NCBI GenBank assembly: GCA_934613645.1
Contig: CAKTTC010000001.1
Span: forward strand, 214,751 to 278,750
DNA from: an uncultured Opitutales bacterium
Lineage (GTDB): Bacteria; Verrucomicrobiota; Verrucomicrobiia; Opitutales; Intestinicryptomonadaceae
Direction of reading: 5' to 3'
Length of the DNA stretch: 64,000 nt
In this document: positions 55,565 to 64,000 of the stretch, in pieces
Numbering within the stretch: the first letter of the stretch is position 1
Layout: the number at the start of each line of letters is the position of its first letter
The notes under the pieces: generated by a model
Told to the model about the DNA's origin: nothing
What the model saw: only the letters and a program-made list of their open reading frames with translations
Databases searched by the model: none
Translations under genes and position numbers: made by a program

Positions 55565-57057
55565 ATTTATTGAAAATCCTATCGGTTTTTACGCTGTCTA
55601 CGTTGTGCCTTTCGGCCGAAGTGCTGAGCATAAACGCAAAGATTGACGACAACGAAACGCTCGAAAGCGGCGACGGCGAAGTGTCGGCCACAGTTCGGCT
55701 GCCAAAAGCGCAAAGAATACCGTTTGCCAAGATAACGGTTTTCGGAACTGTCGAAAAAAAGGCCGAGGCAAACGCCTCGCTTACGCTGTCAATCGACGGG
55801 CAGGAAGCGGCGGGACGCGCGCTGTATAACAAACAGGGCAAATTCGGCGCGAACTTCGTAGTAACAAGGCAAATCCGCGACGCCGTAAAGGGCGGAAAGG
55901 AATCGGCGGAGCTAAAGCTGTTTATGCGCGGCAAAAATCAAAGCCCCGTCAAGATAAACAAAATCCTGCTTGAGGTGCTTGCCGACGAAAAATACTACAG
56001 AACGTCGAACTACCTGCGCCCACTGTTCTCGGGCGACGAAATTACGGCGGAATCTGTCTTCCCGCTCGGCAACGAAGACCCGTCTAAGCCCGCCACGGCA
56101 AAGCTGCTTTTCGCCCCCTCGCAAGTGCTGGAGGCATACACGCTTTCTTCGGGCAAAAAAGTGGATCTTGTTCAGGATAAAGACTTCAAAATCAACGGCG
56201 ACACAATCGAGTTCCTTCCGAATTCGAACGTCAAAATAATCCCCTACTCCGACATCTACGCGGAGGGCAAAAACAACAATTTCAAAAAGGGCGAGCACTT
56301 CTACTTCGACGTAATCAAGAAATTTGCCTTCTTCAAAGAGGGAATGTGGTTCCACTCAAGAATGGTCTACATTTCATACAAACATACGGCAATCAGCGGC
56401 AAGCCGCACAAATCGACCTGCGAAGACCTCCTGCCGAATACGATGAAAATAATAAAGTCGAAAAAGCCGCTCAGAGTGGTGCTTTTCGGCGACAGCATTT
56501 CATACGGGGCGAACGCAAGCGGGCTTTCAATGACAGTCCCCTACGCGCCGAGCTGGGGCGACACCGCCACCCACGTTCTTTCGCGCTTCTACAAAACGCC
56601 CGTGATTTTCTTCAATCGCGCGCTCGGCGGAGAAACGTCGACATGGGGCGTAAAGCAGGTTGAAAACCTCGTCTGCCCCGACAAGCCCGATCTGGTTATA
56701 ATCGCCTTCGGAATGAACGACAGAATCGACAAAGACAAGTTTCGCGCCAATCTGGAGACAATCATATCGAAAGTCCGCGATGTCAATCCCGCGGCGGAAT
56801 TCGTGCTTGTCTCGGCGATGTTCGCAAACCCGAACTGGCACTTCTTCCCCATGCACGACGACTACGCCGAAGTCTGCAAGCAAATGGTCAAACAGGGAAT
56901 CGCCCTCGCCGACGTGCGTTCAATCCACAAACGCCTCCTCGAAAAAAAGCGTTTCATTGACATGACCGGCAACAACGTAAACCACCCCAACGATTTCCTC
57001 ATCAGAGTCTACGCGCAATACCTGCTCAAAAACCTAATCTTTACGGTATCCAAGTAA
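55561..57057 (+). CDS. Secreted SGNH/GDSL-family hydrolase with an N-terminal beta-rich domain
   Basis: The ATG at 55561 overlaps the upstream TGA as ATGA. Signal peptide MNLLKILSVFTLSTLCLSA. SGNH blocks RVVLFGDSISYG, GGETS, VIIAFGMNDR, NHPND. Confidence 0.7.
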   Translation: MNLLKILSVFTLSTLCLSAEVLSINAKIDDNETLESGDGEVSATVRLPKAQRIPFAKITVFGTVEKKAEANASLTLSIDGQEAAGRALYNKQGKFGANFVVTRQIRDAVKGGKESAELKLFMRGKNQSPVKINKILLEVLADEKYYRTSNYLRPLFSGDEITAESVFPLGNEDPSKPATAKLLFAPSQVLEAYTLSSGKKVDLVQDKDFKINGDTIEFLPNSNVKIIPYSDIYAEGKNNNFKKGEHFYFDVIKKFAFFKEGMWFHSRMVYISYKHTAISGKPHKSTCEDLLPNTMKIIKSKKPLRVVLFGDSISYGANASGLSMTVPYAPSWGDTATHVLSRFYKTPVIFFNRALGGETSTWGVKQVENLVCPDKPDLVIIAFGMNDRIDKDKFRANLETIISKVRDVNPAAEFVLVSAMFANPNWHFFPMHDDYAEVCKQMVKQGIALADVRSIHKRLLEKKRFIDMTGNNVNHPNDFLIRVYAQYLLKNLIFTVSK

Positions 57058-57058
57058 A

Positions 57059-57697
57059 ATGGGCATTTTCATAACGTTCGAGGGCGGCGAAGGCTGCGGC
57101 AAAAGCACCCACATAAAAACGCTTTTCGAAAAACTCGAAAGCGCGGGCGTTGAATGCGTGCTCACGCGCGAACCCGGGGGCACGCCGCTCTCGGAAAAAA
57201 TCAGGGAGCTGCTGCTGTCGGCAAAGGAGGGCTGCGGAATGTGCCCGCGCACGGAGCTTCTGCTTTTCGAGGCCGCAAGAAGCCAGCATGTAGAGCAGAC
57301 AATAAAGCCCGCCCTCGCCCTCGGCAAAACCGTCGTATGCGACAGGTTTTTCGACTCCACAACGGCGTATCAGGGCGCGGCGCGCAAACTCGAACTTGCG
57401 GACGTTGAGTGGCTGAACAAATTCGCCACACAGGGGCTTGCGCCCGACCTCACAATTGTTCTCGACATTCCCGTCGAAGAGGGACTGACGCGGGCGAAGA
57501 AGCGCGACGCCGACAAATCCGACAGAATGGGTTCGGAGGAGTGCGCCTTCTACGAAAACGTCCGAAACGCCTTTTTGAAGCTTGCAAAGGCGAATCCCGA
57601 AAGGTTTGCCGTGGTGTCGGCGGCGGGTTCGAAAGAGGAGACCTTCGCGAAAATCTGGGAAGCCGTAAAACAAAAGCTTGAAAAAAATGCCAGATAA
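57059..57697 (+). CDS. tmk: Thymidylate kinase
   Basis: FITFEGGEGCGKSTH (P-loop) and VCDRFFDSTTAYQG. 212 aa. Confidence 0.92.
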   Translation: MGIFITFEGGEGCGKSTHIKTLFEKLESAGVECVLTREPGGTPLSEKIRELLLSAKEGCGMCPRTELLLFEAARSQHVEQTIKPALALGKTVVCDRFFDSTTAYQGAARKLELADVEWLNKFATQGLAPDLTIVLDIPVEEGLTRAKKRDADKSDRMGSEECAFYENVRNAFLKLAKANPERFAVVSAAGSKEETFAKIWEAVKQKLEKNAR

Positions 57698-58601
57698 CCG
57701 CGCAGTAAAAATTCTCGACAACGCCATCAAAGCGGGGCGGCTGCACCACGCGGTTTTGCTTTACGGAAGCTCGCTGCAGCCGCTTGAAGAGGCGGCGAAA
57801 GAGACTGCCACAAAGCTTTTCGGGCGCACTTGGGTGAACCACCCCGACCTGTTCGAGCTTCGCCCCGAAGGCAAAATGCGCCAAATAAAAATCGGCTCGC
57901 CCGACGGCGAACCCGAGCCGAATACAATGCGCAGGCTGCTTAAAAGTCTGCGGCAAACGTCGGCATTGGGCGTGCACAAAGTGGCGATTATCTACGAAGC
58001 CGACAGAATGAATCAGGTAACGGCCAACGCCTTCCTGAAAACGCTCGAAGAGCCGCCCGCGCAAACAACGCTTTTCATTCTCTCGACGCGCCCCAACGAC
58101 ATCTTGGAGACAATCAGAAGCCGCTGCGTGGCGTTGCGCGTGGACTGCCCCGACGACAAAATCGACAACCCAGACTGGCAGACGTGGCTTGCCGACTACT
58201 CCGCGTGGCAGAAGTCGCTTGCGGGGGGAATCGGCAGGGCAATTTCGCTCGGCGATGCAATGATGCAGTGCTACGGACTGCTTGCGCGTTTTGAAACGCT
58301 GATTGCGCAAATTCTCGAAGAGGAAACGTCAATCGACAATTCCAAGGAGGAAAACCTCGACGAAGAAATGATTGAGGCCGTGCAGGCGGGCGAGCGGCGC
58401 GCCATAAGAAAGCGCATGTTTGCCGACATCGAAAACGCCTGCGTTGCGTGCGCGCTCGGCGGCAACGGCGTGCCCGCCGTGAAGATTTCGCGCGTGGTGG
58501 AGGCGTTGGAAAAGGCTTCGGGACTGACCGAATTGAATATGGCAGACACCATCGCGCTTGAATATTTTATGATAACGTCGCTTAGAATATGGACACGTTA
58601 A
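57687..58601 (+). CDS. holB: DNA polymerase III delta-prime subunit
   Basis: The track start is TTG, so the ATG at 57687 is used. HAVLLYGSS, HPDLFELRPEG, KVAIIYEADRMNQVTANAFLKTLEEPPAQTTLFILST, IRSRC. Confidence 0.85.
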   Translation: MPDNRAVKILDNAIKAGRLHHAVLLYGSSLQPLEEAAKETATKLFGRTWVNHPDLFELRPEGKMRQIKIGSPDGEPEPNTMRRLLKSLRQTSALGVHKVAIIYEADRMNQVTANAFLKTLEEPPAQTTLFILSTRPNDILETIRSRCVALRVDCPDDKIDNPDWQTWLADYSAWQKSLAGGIGRAISLGDAMMQCYGLLARFETLIAQILEEETSIDNSKEENLDEEMIEAVQAGERRAIRKRMFADIENACVACALGGNGVPAVKISRVVEALEKASGLTELNMADTIALEYFMITSLRIWTR

Positions 58602-59548
58602 ACCCCGTAATTTCGCTTTCAACAAGTTTCCTTCAAAGACGCTTTCCAAAAGACGGCTACGCAATGCTCTGCCGCGCCGCCGAGCTCGGGTTCGAGTATG
58701 TCGAGCTTGGGCACTCCGTTCCGATAACGTCGGTTGAGGGCATTCTGCGCGCGCTTAAAGAGGGCGTGGTAAAAGTTTCGTCGCTGCACAATTTCTGCCC
58801 CGTGCCGCCGTTCGCCTCGGGCGCGTGCCCCAACCTGTTTTCGCCCTCGACTAAAAGCGATATGGAATCGCAACAGTGGCTCAGGCACACGCGCAATTCG
58901 GTGGAATTTGCAAAGCAGACGGGCGCAAGAGCCTTGGTTACGCATTGCGGAAGCCTGTCATACTTCCTCTTCCGCCCCGACGCCGCGCTCGAAAAAATCA
59001 TAGCCGAAAACAAAACGTCAAAGCTTGCCGAACTGCCCGAATACGACGCCGCAAAAAAGGCGTTCCTCAAAAAAAGTGCGGCGCGCGCCGAAAAGAAAGA
59101 CTACAAATTTCTGCTTGAAAACCTCGCAAAAATAGAGCCGAACCTCGAAGAAGCGGGGATTGTTCTGGGGCTTGAAAACCGCGAAGGTGCGGCGGAACTG
59201 CCGCTTGACTGGACGTTCAAAAGCCTTTTCGAAAAAATCGGAGACCGCCCCCGCATAAAAGTTTGGCACGACATCGGGCACTCCCGAATCAAGCAGCTGC
59301 GCGGGCTTTTCAGGCAGCGCGATTTGATAGAGCAAACCTACCCGAACATCGTCGGCTGGCATATCCACGATTGCACCGACGACTGCAGCGACCACATCGC
59401 CCTCGGCTTAGGCGGCATAAATTTTGCGGAATTTGCAAAATATTTCGACCCGCAAAAGCACATTTTCACCCTTGAATTGAACTCCAAAGTAAGGAGCGCG
59501 GACGCCGCCGATTCCCTCAAACGCTTCCGCGACATACTGGCAAAATGA
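58589..59548 (+). CDS. Sugar phosphate isomerase/epimerase (xylose-isomerase-like TIM barrel, AP_endonuc_2)
   Basis: 319 aa. GFEYVELGHS, ALVTHCG, VLGLENREG, WHDIGHS, HIHD. Confidence 0.6.
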   Translation: MDTLNPVISLSTSFLQRRFPKDGYAMLCRAAELGFEYVELGHSVPITSVEGILRALKEGVVKVSSLHNFCPVPPFASGACPNLFSPSTKSDMESQQWLRHTRNSVEFAKQTGARALVTHCGSLSYFLFRPDAALEKIIAENKTSKLAELPEYDAAKKAFLKKSAARAEKKDYKFLLENLAKIEPNLEEAGIVLGLENREGAAELPLDWTFKSLFEKIGDRPRIKVWHDIGHSRIKQLRGLFRQRDLIEQTYPNIVGWHIHDCTDDCSDHIALGLGGINFAEFAKYFDPQKHIFTLELNSKVRSADAADSLKRFRDILAK

Positions 59549-60027
59549 ACAGAAAAACAGACATCAACAATTTTTGCGCGTTCGTTTCGGTCGACAAACC
59601 CAAGCTGCGCCGCTTCGTGTCGCTTCTTGACGCCGAGCTCCCGCACGAACTGCGCGCCCCGCAGGGAACGCTTTCTGTGGCGATTTTCAACGACGCCAAC
59701 CTCGCGAAAATCCATCTCGATTTCATGCAAAACCCCGCCCCCACCGATGTCATAACATTCGAGGGCGACGAATTCGACCCCGACGACGCGGGCGAAATCT
59801 GCGCAAGCGCGGAAACAGCGTTCAAAAACGCGCCGCAATTCGGCAACACCGCCTCGCGCGAGCTGTCGCTATACGTGGCGCACGGATACCTGCACCTTGC
59901 GGGCGTGGACGACATCGCCGAGGAGGACGCAAAAAAAATGCGCGCCGCAGAGGCTTTGGCGTTGGAAATACTCGACAAACACTTCAAAACTCCGATATTC
60001 AAATACGATGCTAAAAAGATTGGGTAA
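59545..60027 (+). CDS. ybeY: Endoribonuclease YbeY (16S rRNA maturation)
   Basis: 160 aa. PTDVITFEGD and the Zn motif VAHGYLHLAGVDD. ATGA overlap with the upstream gene. Confidence 0.88.
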   Translation: MNRKTDINNFCAFVSVDKPKLRRFVSLLDAELPHELRAPQGTLSVAIFNDANLAKIHLDFMQNPAPTDVITFEGDEFDPDDAGEICASAETAFKNAPQFGNTASRELSLYVAHGYLHLAGVDDIAEEDAKKMRAAEALALEILDKHFKTPIFKYDAKKIG

Positions 60028-60661
60028 TTATTTTCTCACGGGCGTGATAATTACGCTTCCGATAATCGTAACAGTGTTTTTGCTGCTGTTTTTGATTCGG
60101 AACATAGGCGCGCCCGTTTCGAAGTTCGCGCTCATTCCCATTTTCGAGCACTTCGGCGTTGCCATGCCCGAGTCGGGCGTGGGCGGCGTTGCGTTCGACT
60201 TCCTCTCCACTATCGTCGTGGTTGTTTTCGTCACAATTCTCGGACTTTTTTCGCAGTTTCTTTTCGCAAAATTCCTAATTTCGCTTTCGGAAAGGCTCAT
60301 CAATAAAATCCCGTTCATCGGAATGGTCTACAGAACGGTAAAGCAGATTGTAGACACGTTCGCAAAGCAGAAAAAAACGGTTTTCCAGAAAGTGGTGCTG
60401 ATTGAATTTCCGCGCAAGGGAACGTTCTCGGTAGGTTTTGTAACGAGCCAAACCGAGGGCGAAGTTGCAAAGAAAACCGACTCCGACTGCGTGAACGTGT
60501 TTGTGCCCACAACCCCCAACCCCACAAGCGGATTCCTGATGGCGGTGGAAAAAGACAGCGTAAAATACTTGGATATGTCGGTGGGCGACGCAATGAAATT
60601 CATAATCTCGGGCGGCGCGGTGGCGTCGAACGCGGAGGCGGAAACGCCCCAAAAGAGGTAG
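60008..60661 (+). CDS. DUF502-family membrane protein
   Basis: Trimmed to the ATG at 60008 (MLKRLGNYFLTGVIITLPIIVTVFLL). FVPTTPNPTSGFLMAV is characteristic of DUF502. Confidence 0.7.
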   Translation: MLKRLGNYFLTGVIITLPIIVTVFLLLFLIRNIGAPVSKFALIPIFEHFGVAMPESGVGGVAFDFLSTIVVVVFVTILGLFSQFLFAKFLISLSERLINKIPFIGMVYRTVKQIVDTFAKQKKTVFQKVVLIEFPRKGTFSVGFVTSQTEGEVAKKTDSDCVNVFVPTTPNPTSGFLMAVEKDSVKYLDMSVGDAMKFIISGGAVASNAEAETPQKR

Positions 60662-60665
60662 CGGC

Positions 60666-61274
60666 TTGGAGCGGGAACGCATAATAACTGCAGTTGTGCT
60701 CGACCGCGAGCGGCGCGCAGAGGCGTCGGTAATGCTCACGGCGTTCTCTCCCGAAGACGGGCTTGTGTTTTTGTTCAAACGCCTGTCGGGCAAAAAAACG
60801 TCGCTCGTGCCCGACCTGTTCGACGAAATAGAGTGCTCGGTAAGCACGCCCGACGCCGACGCGCCCGTAAAGTTTCTGGGACAGTTCGAAGTCCTCAAGC
60901 GGCGTGCGGGCGTTTCGGCAAGCTACGAGAAGCTTTGCGCGGCGTCGGAAATAGCGTCGGTTGCAAAGTCGAACGGGGCGAACATCGACGAAAAGCGGAC
61001 GCTCTTCGAACTTATTGCGCGCTCGCTCGACGCCATCGAGGCGCACGACAACCACGCAACGGTAAAAATAAAATTCCTCTACCTGCTTGCGCGCAATCAG
61101 GGCTACGCCATAAAGGAGGATTTTTTCCGCTCGCTCTCCGACGCCGACAAATCGGACTTCTCCGAAATCCTCGCGCTTTCCACCGCCGACCAAGCCGCCG
61201 AAAAGCCGCGCTCCGAACGCCTCTACGAAATGCTAAAACGCTGGATTCTCTCCGAAACCGACATCGTTTTTTAG
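60666..61274 (+). CDS. recO: RecO-like DNA repair protein (short form), tentative
   Basis: 202 aa with a TTG start. The N-terminal OB-like pattern ITAVVLDRERRAEASVMLTAFSPEDGLVFLFKRL and the helical C-terminal half KFLYLLARNQGY resemble RecO. No Cys zinc finger seen. Start codon uncertain. Confidence 0.4.
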   Translation: MERERIITAVVLDRERRAEASVMLTAFSPEDGLVFLFKRLSGKKTSLVPDLFDEIECSVSTPDADAPVKFLGQFEVLKRRAGVSASYEKLCAASEIASVAKSNGANIDEKRTLFELIARSLDAIEAHDNHATVKIKFLYLLARNQGYAIKEDFFRSLSDADKSDFSEILALSTADQAAEKPRSERLYEMLKRWILSETDIVF

Positions 61275-61327
61275 CACGCCCTGCCCCGCGCAAATCAGCC
61301 GCGGCGGCGGGCGGCTTGGAGAGGCTG

Positions 61328-62227
61328 CTACACTCCTACGAATTCGCCCGCCTTCATTCCCTCTTTAGCGTAGCATTCCACGCCCTTCGCGCTCATTTCC
61401 ACAAGCTTTTCGTTCCACTTGACGCCCTTGGGGAAAATCGAAATCACGCACGAGCCGCCGAAATTGAAGTATCCCGCCTCGTCGCCGCGCTCAACACAGT
61501 CGCCGACATTGCGCGTGTTGACAATGCTTCCGACGTTTGTAGCTCCTATTTCGAAAAACGCATAAAAGCCGAATTTCGGGTTTTCCACAATGTTCATAAC
61601 GCGCCTGTTCTCCCACAAAACGCTCAGGCGCGGAACAAGCGCAATGGGGCTTACCGAATACAACGCGCCGTTTATGAGCCTGCGCGCGGCAATGCAGCCC
61701 GAAAGCGGAAAATGGAAACGGTGGTAGTCTACGGGCGCAAGGCGCGAAATAAGCATATCGCCGCCCCCGAAATTCCGTGCCAATTCGGCGTCGCCGAAGA
61801 AGGCGCGCAAATCGAAACGCTGCCCCTTGGCGTAGAATTTGTCGGCTTCGGAAACGTTGCGCACAAGCAGATGCCTGCCGTCGCTCGGGAACGAAACGGC
61901 GTTTTCGTTGTCCGCGTCTTCAATCGGGCGCGCGCCGTCAACAAGCCGCCGCGTAAAAAACGCGTTGAACGTTTCGTATTTTTCGGGAGAAAAAACCATT
62001 TCATCGCAATTTATGCCGTTTTTTGCCACGAACGGGGCTACCGCCTTTGCGCTGCGTTTCGACGCCGCCCACATTCCGCATAGGCGCGAAAAAAATCCGC
62101 GCTTAAACAACGCCCAAACAGAAAGCGCGCCAATCGGATTCCCGTAGAGGAAGCGCATAAGCGACTCCGCGGGAACGTCCTCGCGCGCGAACGAATTTTT
62201 TTGAATGTCGAAAAGTTTTATGCCCAT
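61328..62227 (-). CDS. psd: Phosphatidylserine decarboxylase proenzyme
   Basis: Trimmed to the ATG at 62227 (MGIKLFDIQ). LAPVDYHRFHFP motif and the self-cleavage region FNFGGSCVISIF. Confidence 0.72.
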   Translation of the reverse strand: MGIKLFDIQKNSFAREDVPAESLMRFLYGNPIGALSVWALFKRGFFSRLCGMWAASKRSAKAVAPFVAKNGINCDEMVFSPEKYETFNAFFTRRLVDGARPIEDADNENAVSFPSDGRHLLVRNVSEADKFYAKGQRFDLRAFFGDAELARNFGGGDMLISRLAPVDYHRFHFPLSGCIAARRLINGALYSVSPIALVPRLSVLWENRRVMNIVENPKFGFYAFFEIGATNVGSIVNTRNVGDCVERGDEAGYFNFGGSCVISIFPKGVKWNEKLVEMSAKGVECYAKEGMKAGEFVGV

Positions 62228-64000
62228 TTGAGTCTCTCCTTTAAAAATGTCCTGCGCTCCGCCGAGCGCGCGTTTTTTACCGCCCCGCTCCACGCGCTTT
62301 GATTGCCCACCACGAAAACCTTTTTGCGCCCGCGCGTGATTGCCGTGTAAAGCAGATTGCGCTGCAACATCACGAAATGCTGGCGCAAAAGCGGAATTAC
62401 CACAATCGGGAATTCGCTGCCCTGCGACTTGTGTATGCTTATTGCGTATGCCTGCTGGAAGTCGATTAAATTGCGCTTTTCAAGACGCACGCGCCTGCCG
62501 TCGAAATCGGCTTCAACGGGGTATTCGCCGCCTTTGGAAACGGCGGAGACAATTCCCATATCGCCGTTGAAAATGTCCAAATCGTAGTTGTTGCGCGTCT
62601 GCATAATTTTGTCGCCGACGGCAAAATTGACGCCGCCGTATGAAACGGAATCAGCCCCCGAGTTCAGCGCGTGCTTGAGTTCTTCGTTGAGTTTCGCAAT
62701 TCCGCCGCTGCCCTTGTGCATTGGCGCGAGAACCTGAATGTCGGCCACGGAATCCGCGCCGAACAAGCGCGGAAGCCTGTTCTTTACAAGGTCGACACAG
62801 GTTGCAACGCAGTCTTCGGGCGTGTCTGCGGGAATGAAAACGAGGTCGTCGTCGGGGTTTATCGAAGCCGCCGACGCCACGGGCACGCCGCCCATGGAGG
62901 TGTCGCCGTTAAGCACCGCGCGCGCAACTTCGACTATTCCGCTGCGTTCGCCCTGACGGAAAATTTTGTCGAGCCGCACGACGGGGAATTTGCCGCTGTC
63001 GATTATGTCGCGCAAAACGTTTCCCGCTCCGACGCTCGGGAGCTGGTCGATGTCGCCGACAAGCACGAGGTGCGCGGGGCTTGGAACGGCGGCGAAAACC
63101 GCGGCGGCAAGCTTGGTGTCGAGCATTGAGGATTCGTCGATTACCAGAAACTTTGCGTTCATCGGGCGGTATTCGTTGTAGACGAATTTGCCGTCTTCAA
63201 ACCCGAGCAGGCGGTGGACTGTTTTTGCCTCGCAGCGGGTGCTTTCGCCCATTCGCTGCGCGGCTTTTCCGGTAGGCGCGGCAAGCACGGGCGCGCATTT
63301 TTTCGCGCGGAGAATGTCGCAAACCGCCTTTAAAATTGTAGTTTTGCCCGTTCCCGGGCCGCCCGTTATTACGCATATTTTGTTTTCAAGCGCGGCGGCA
63401 ACCGCCCGAGCCTGTTCGGGGGCGAATTCGAACCCCGCACGCTGCGTTGCCCAACGGACGGCGGCGTCGACTTTTATCGGCGGAAGACAACTCTGCGAGG
63501 TTGCTATGCGCCTGAGGTTTGCGGCTATGCGGCGTTCGGCGTAGTCGAGCGTATCGCGCTGGACGATGCCCTCGCCGACGTATTTCACCGCGCCTTCGCG
63601 CGTCAAAAGCCCGACGCCCTCGGCACACTTTTGCGCGTCCACTTCCAGCAACGCCGACGCCCGCGAAACAAGTTCCCCCACGGGCATACACGTTCCGCCC
63701 TCCTCCTCGCATTCACCAAGAACGTGCAAAAGCCCCGCGCCGATACGCTCGGGGCATTCGTTCGAAAGCCCGCCGTTGAGGGCAATCATATCGGCGGTTT
63801 TAAAGCCTATTCCGTCGATTTCGCGCGAAAGTCTGTAGGGCTGCTCGCGCACAATCCGCGCGGCGTCCGCGCCGAAGCGGTTGATTATGCGCACGCACAT
63901 GGAAACGCCTATGCCGTAGACGCGCAGAGCAATAACGAGGTCGCGCAATCCCTTTTGCTCCTCCCACGACTTGCGTATGCGCGCGAGGCGTTCGCGCCCG
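62218..64000 (-). CDS. recD2: RecD2-type SF1 DNA helicase (ATP-dependent RecD-like), 5' end beyond the right edge
   Basis: The frame stays open from 63948 to 64000 (..RERLARIRKSWEEQKGLRDLVIAL..). HhH region GIGFKTADMIAL. Helicase motifs VITGGPGTGKTT, VLVGDIDQLPSVGAGNVLRD, AISIHKSQGSEFPIVVI, LLYTAITRGRKKVFVVG. Confidence 0.88.
   Translation of the reverse strand, partial: GRERLARIRKSWEEQKGLRDLVIALRVYGIGVSMCVRIINRFGADAARIVREQPYRLSREIDGIGFKTADMIALNGGLSNECPERIGAGLLHVLGECEEEGGTCMPVGELVSRASALLEVDAQKCAEGVGLLTREGAVKYVGEGIVQRDTLDYAERRIAANLRRIATSQSCLPPIKVDAAVRWATQRAGFEFAPEQARAVAAALENKICVITGGPGTGKTTILKAVCDILRAKKCAPVLAAPTGKAAQRMGESTRCEAKTVHRLLGFEDGKFVYNEYRPMNAKFLVIDESSMLDTKLAAAVFAAVPSPAHLVLVGDIDQLPSVGAGNVLRDIIDSGKFPVVRLDKIFRQGERSGIVEVARAVLNGDTSMGGVPVASAASINPDDDLVFIPADTPEDCVATCVDLVKNRLPRLFGADSVADIQVLAPMHKGSGGIAKLNEELKHALNSGADSVSYGGVNFAVGDKIMQTRNNYDLDIFNGDMGIVSAVSKGGEYPVEADFDGRRVRLEKRNLIDFQQAYAISIHKSQGSEFPIVVIPLLRQHFVMLQRNLLYTAITRGRKKVFVVGNQSAWSGAVKNARSAERRTFLKERLKWA

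Noticed and set aside
60833-62083. 416-aa plus-strand ORF spanning the recO-like 3' end and psd
   Set aside because: It overlaps two better-supported genes on both strands and encodes an Arg/Ala-rich product with no motifs.

Overview
Dense, mostly housekeeping chromosomal window from a moderately GC-rich diderm bacterium. It holds about 60 protein genes and one tRNA, with no rRNA, CRISPR, transposase or integrase. The gene content includes a TAT-signal Gfo/Idh/MocA oxidoreductase, a GH78 rhamnosidase, a secreted beta-helix protein, PPDK, a TRL-like lipoprotein and many ATGA start/stop overlaps. This is reminiscent of the PVC group (Lentisphaerota/Kiritimatiellota/Verrucomicrobiota), but that is a guess needing a database search.

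Left to right:
- RND efflux operon (MFP-RND-OMF; the OMF runs off the left edge and is missing from the ORF track).
- An ~870-bp intergenic region packed with a structured repeat family.
- ppdK.
- A tightly coupled operon: beta-helix protein, orphan ABC ATPase, NSS transporter, and an unannotated 44-aa MetS-like micro-ORF.
- Pal/OmpA-like lipoprotein and a coiled-coil protein.
- ApbE.
- tRNA-His, followed by a lower-GC segment with a UvrA paralog lacking the UvrB-binding domain and a Bcr/CflA-type MFS pump.
- TRL lipoprotein.
- ABC (sulfonate/nitrate type)-rny-galM operon.
- ogg.
- FabZ-like/KAS pair with waaA.
- Mla/MCE lipid-transport operon running into fabD.
- A rhamnosidase operon.
- hisC-corC-acnA running straight into a STAS/PP2C partner-switching pair.
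- ybaB-recR.
- A long overlapping housekeeping operon (uppP ... tmk-holB-ybeY-recO-like).
- psd and a RecD2-type helicase running off the right edge.

I did not find a clear novel multi-gene system and saw no defence-island hallmarks. The most unusual items are:
1. A hairpin-containing repeat family, tandem at 5050-5717 with dispersed copies at the stop codons of ppdK and galM, showing compensatory stem changes.
2. The tRNA-His-adjacent low-GC UvrA2+MFS module, with a 19-codon uORF overlapping the pump start.
3. The orphan ABC ATPase / NSS / micro-ORF operon.
4. Aconitase co-transcribed with a kinase-less partner-switching pair.

Many track ORFs begin at TTG/GTG upstream of the real ATG, and I trimmed those. 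The long ORFs antisense to real genes are composition artefacts.
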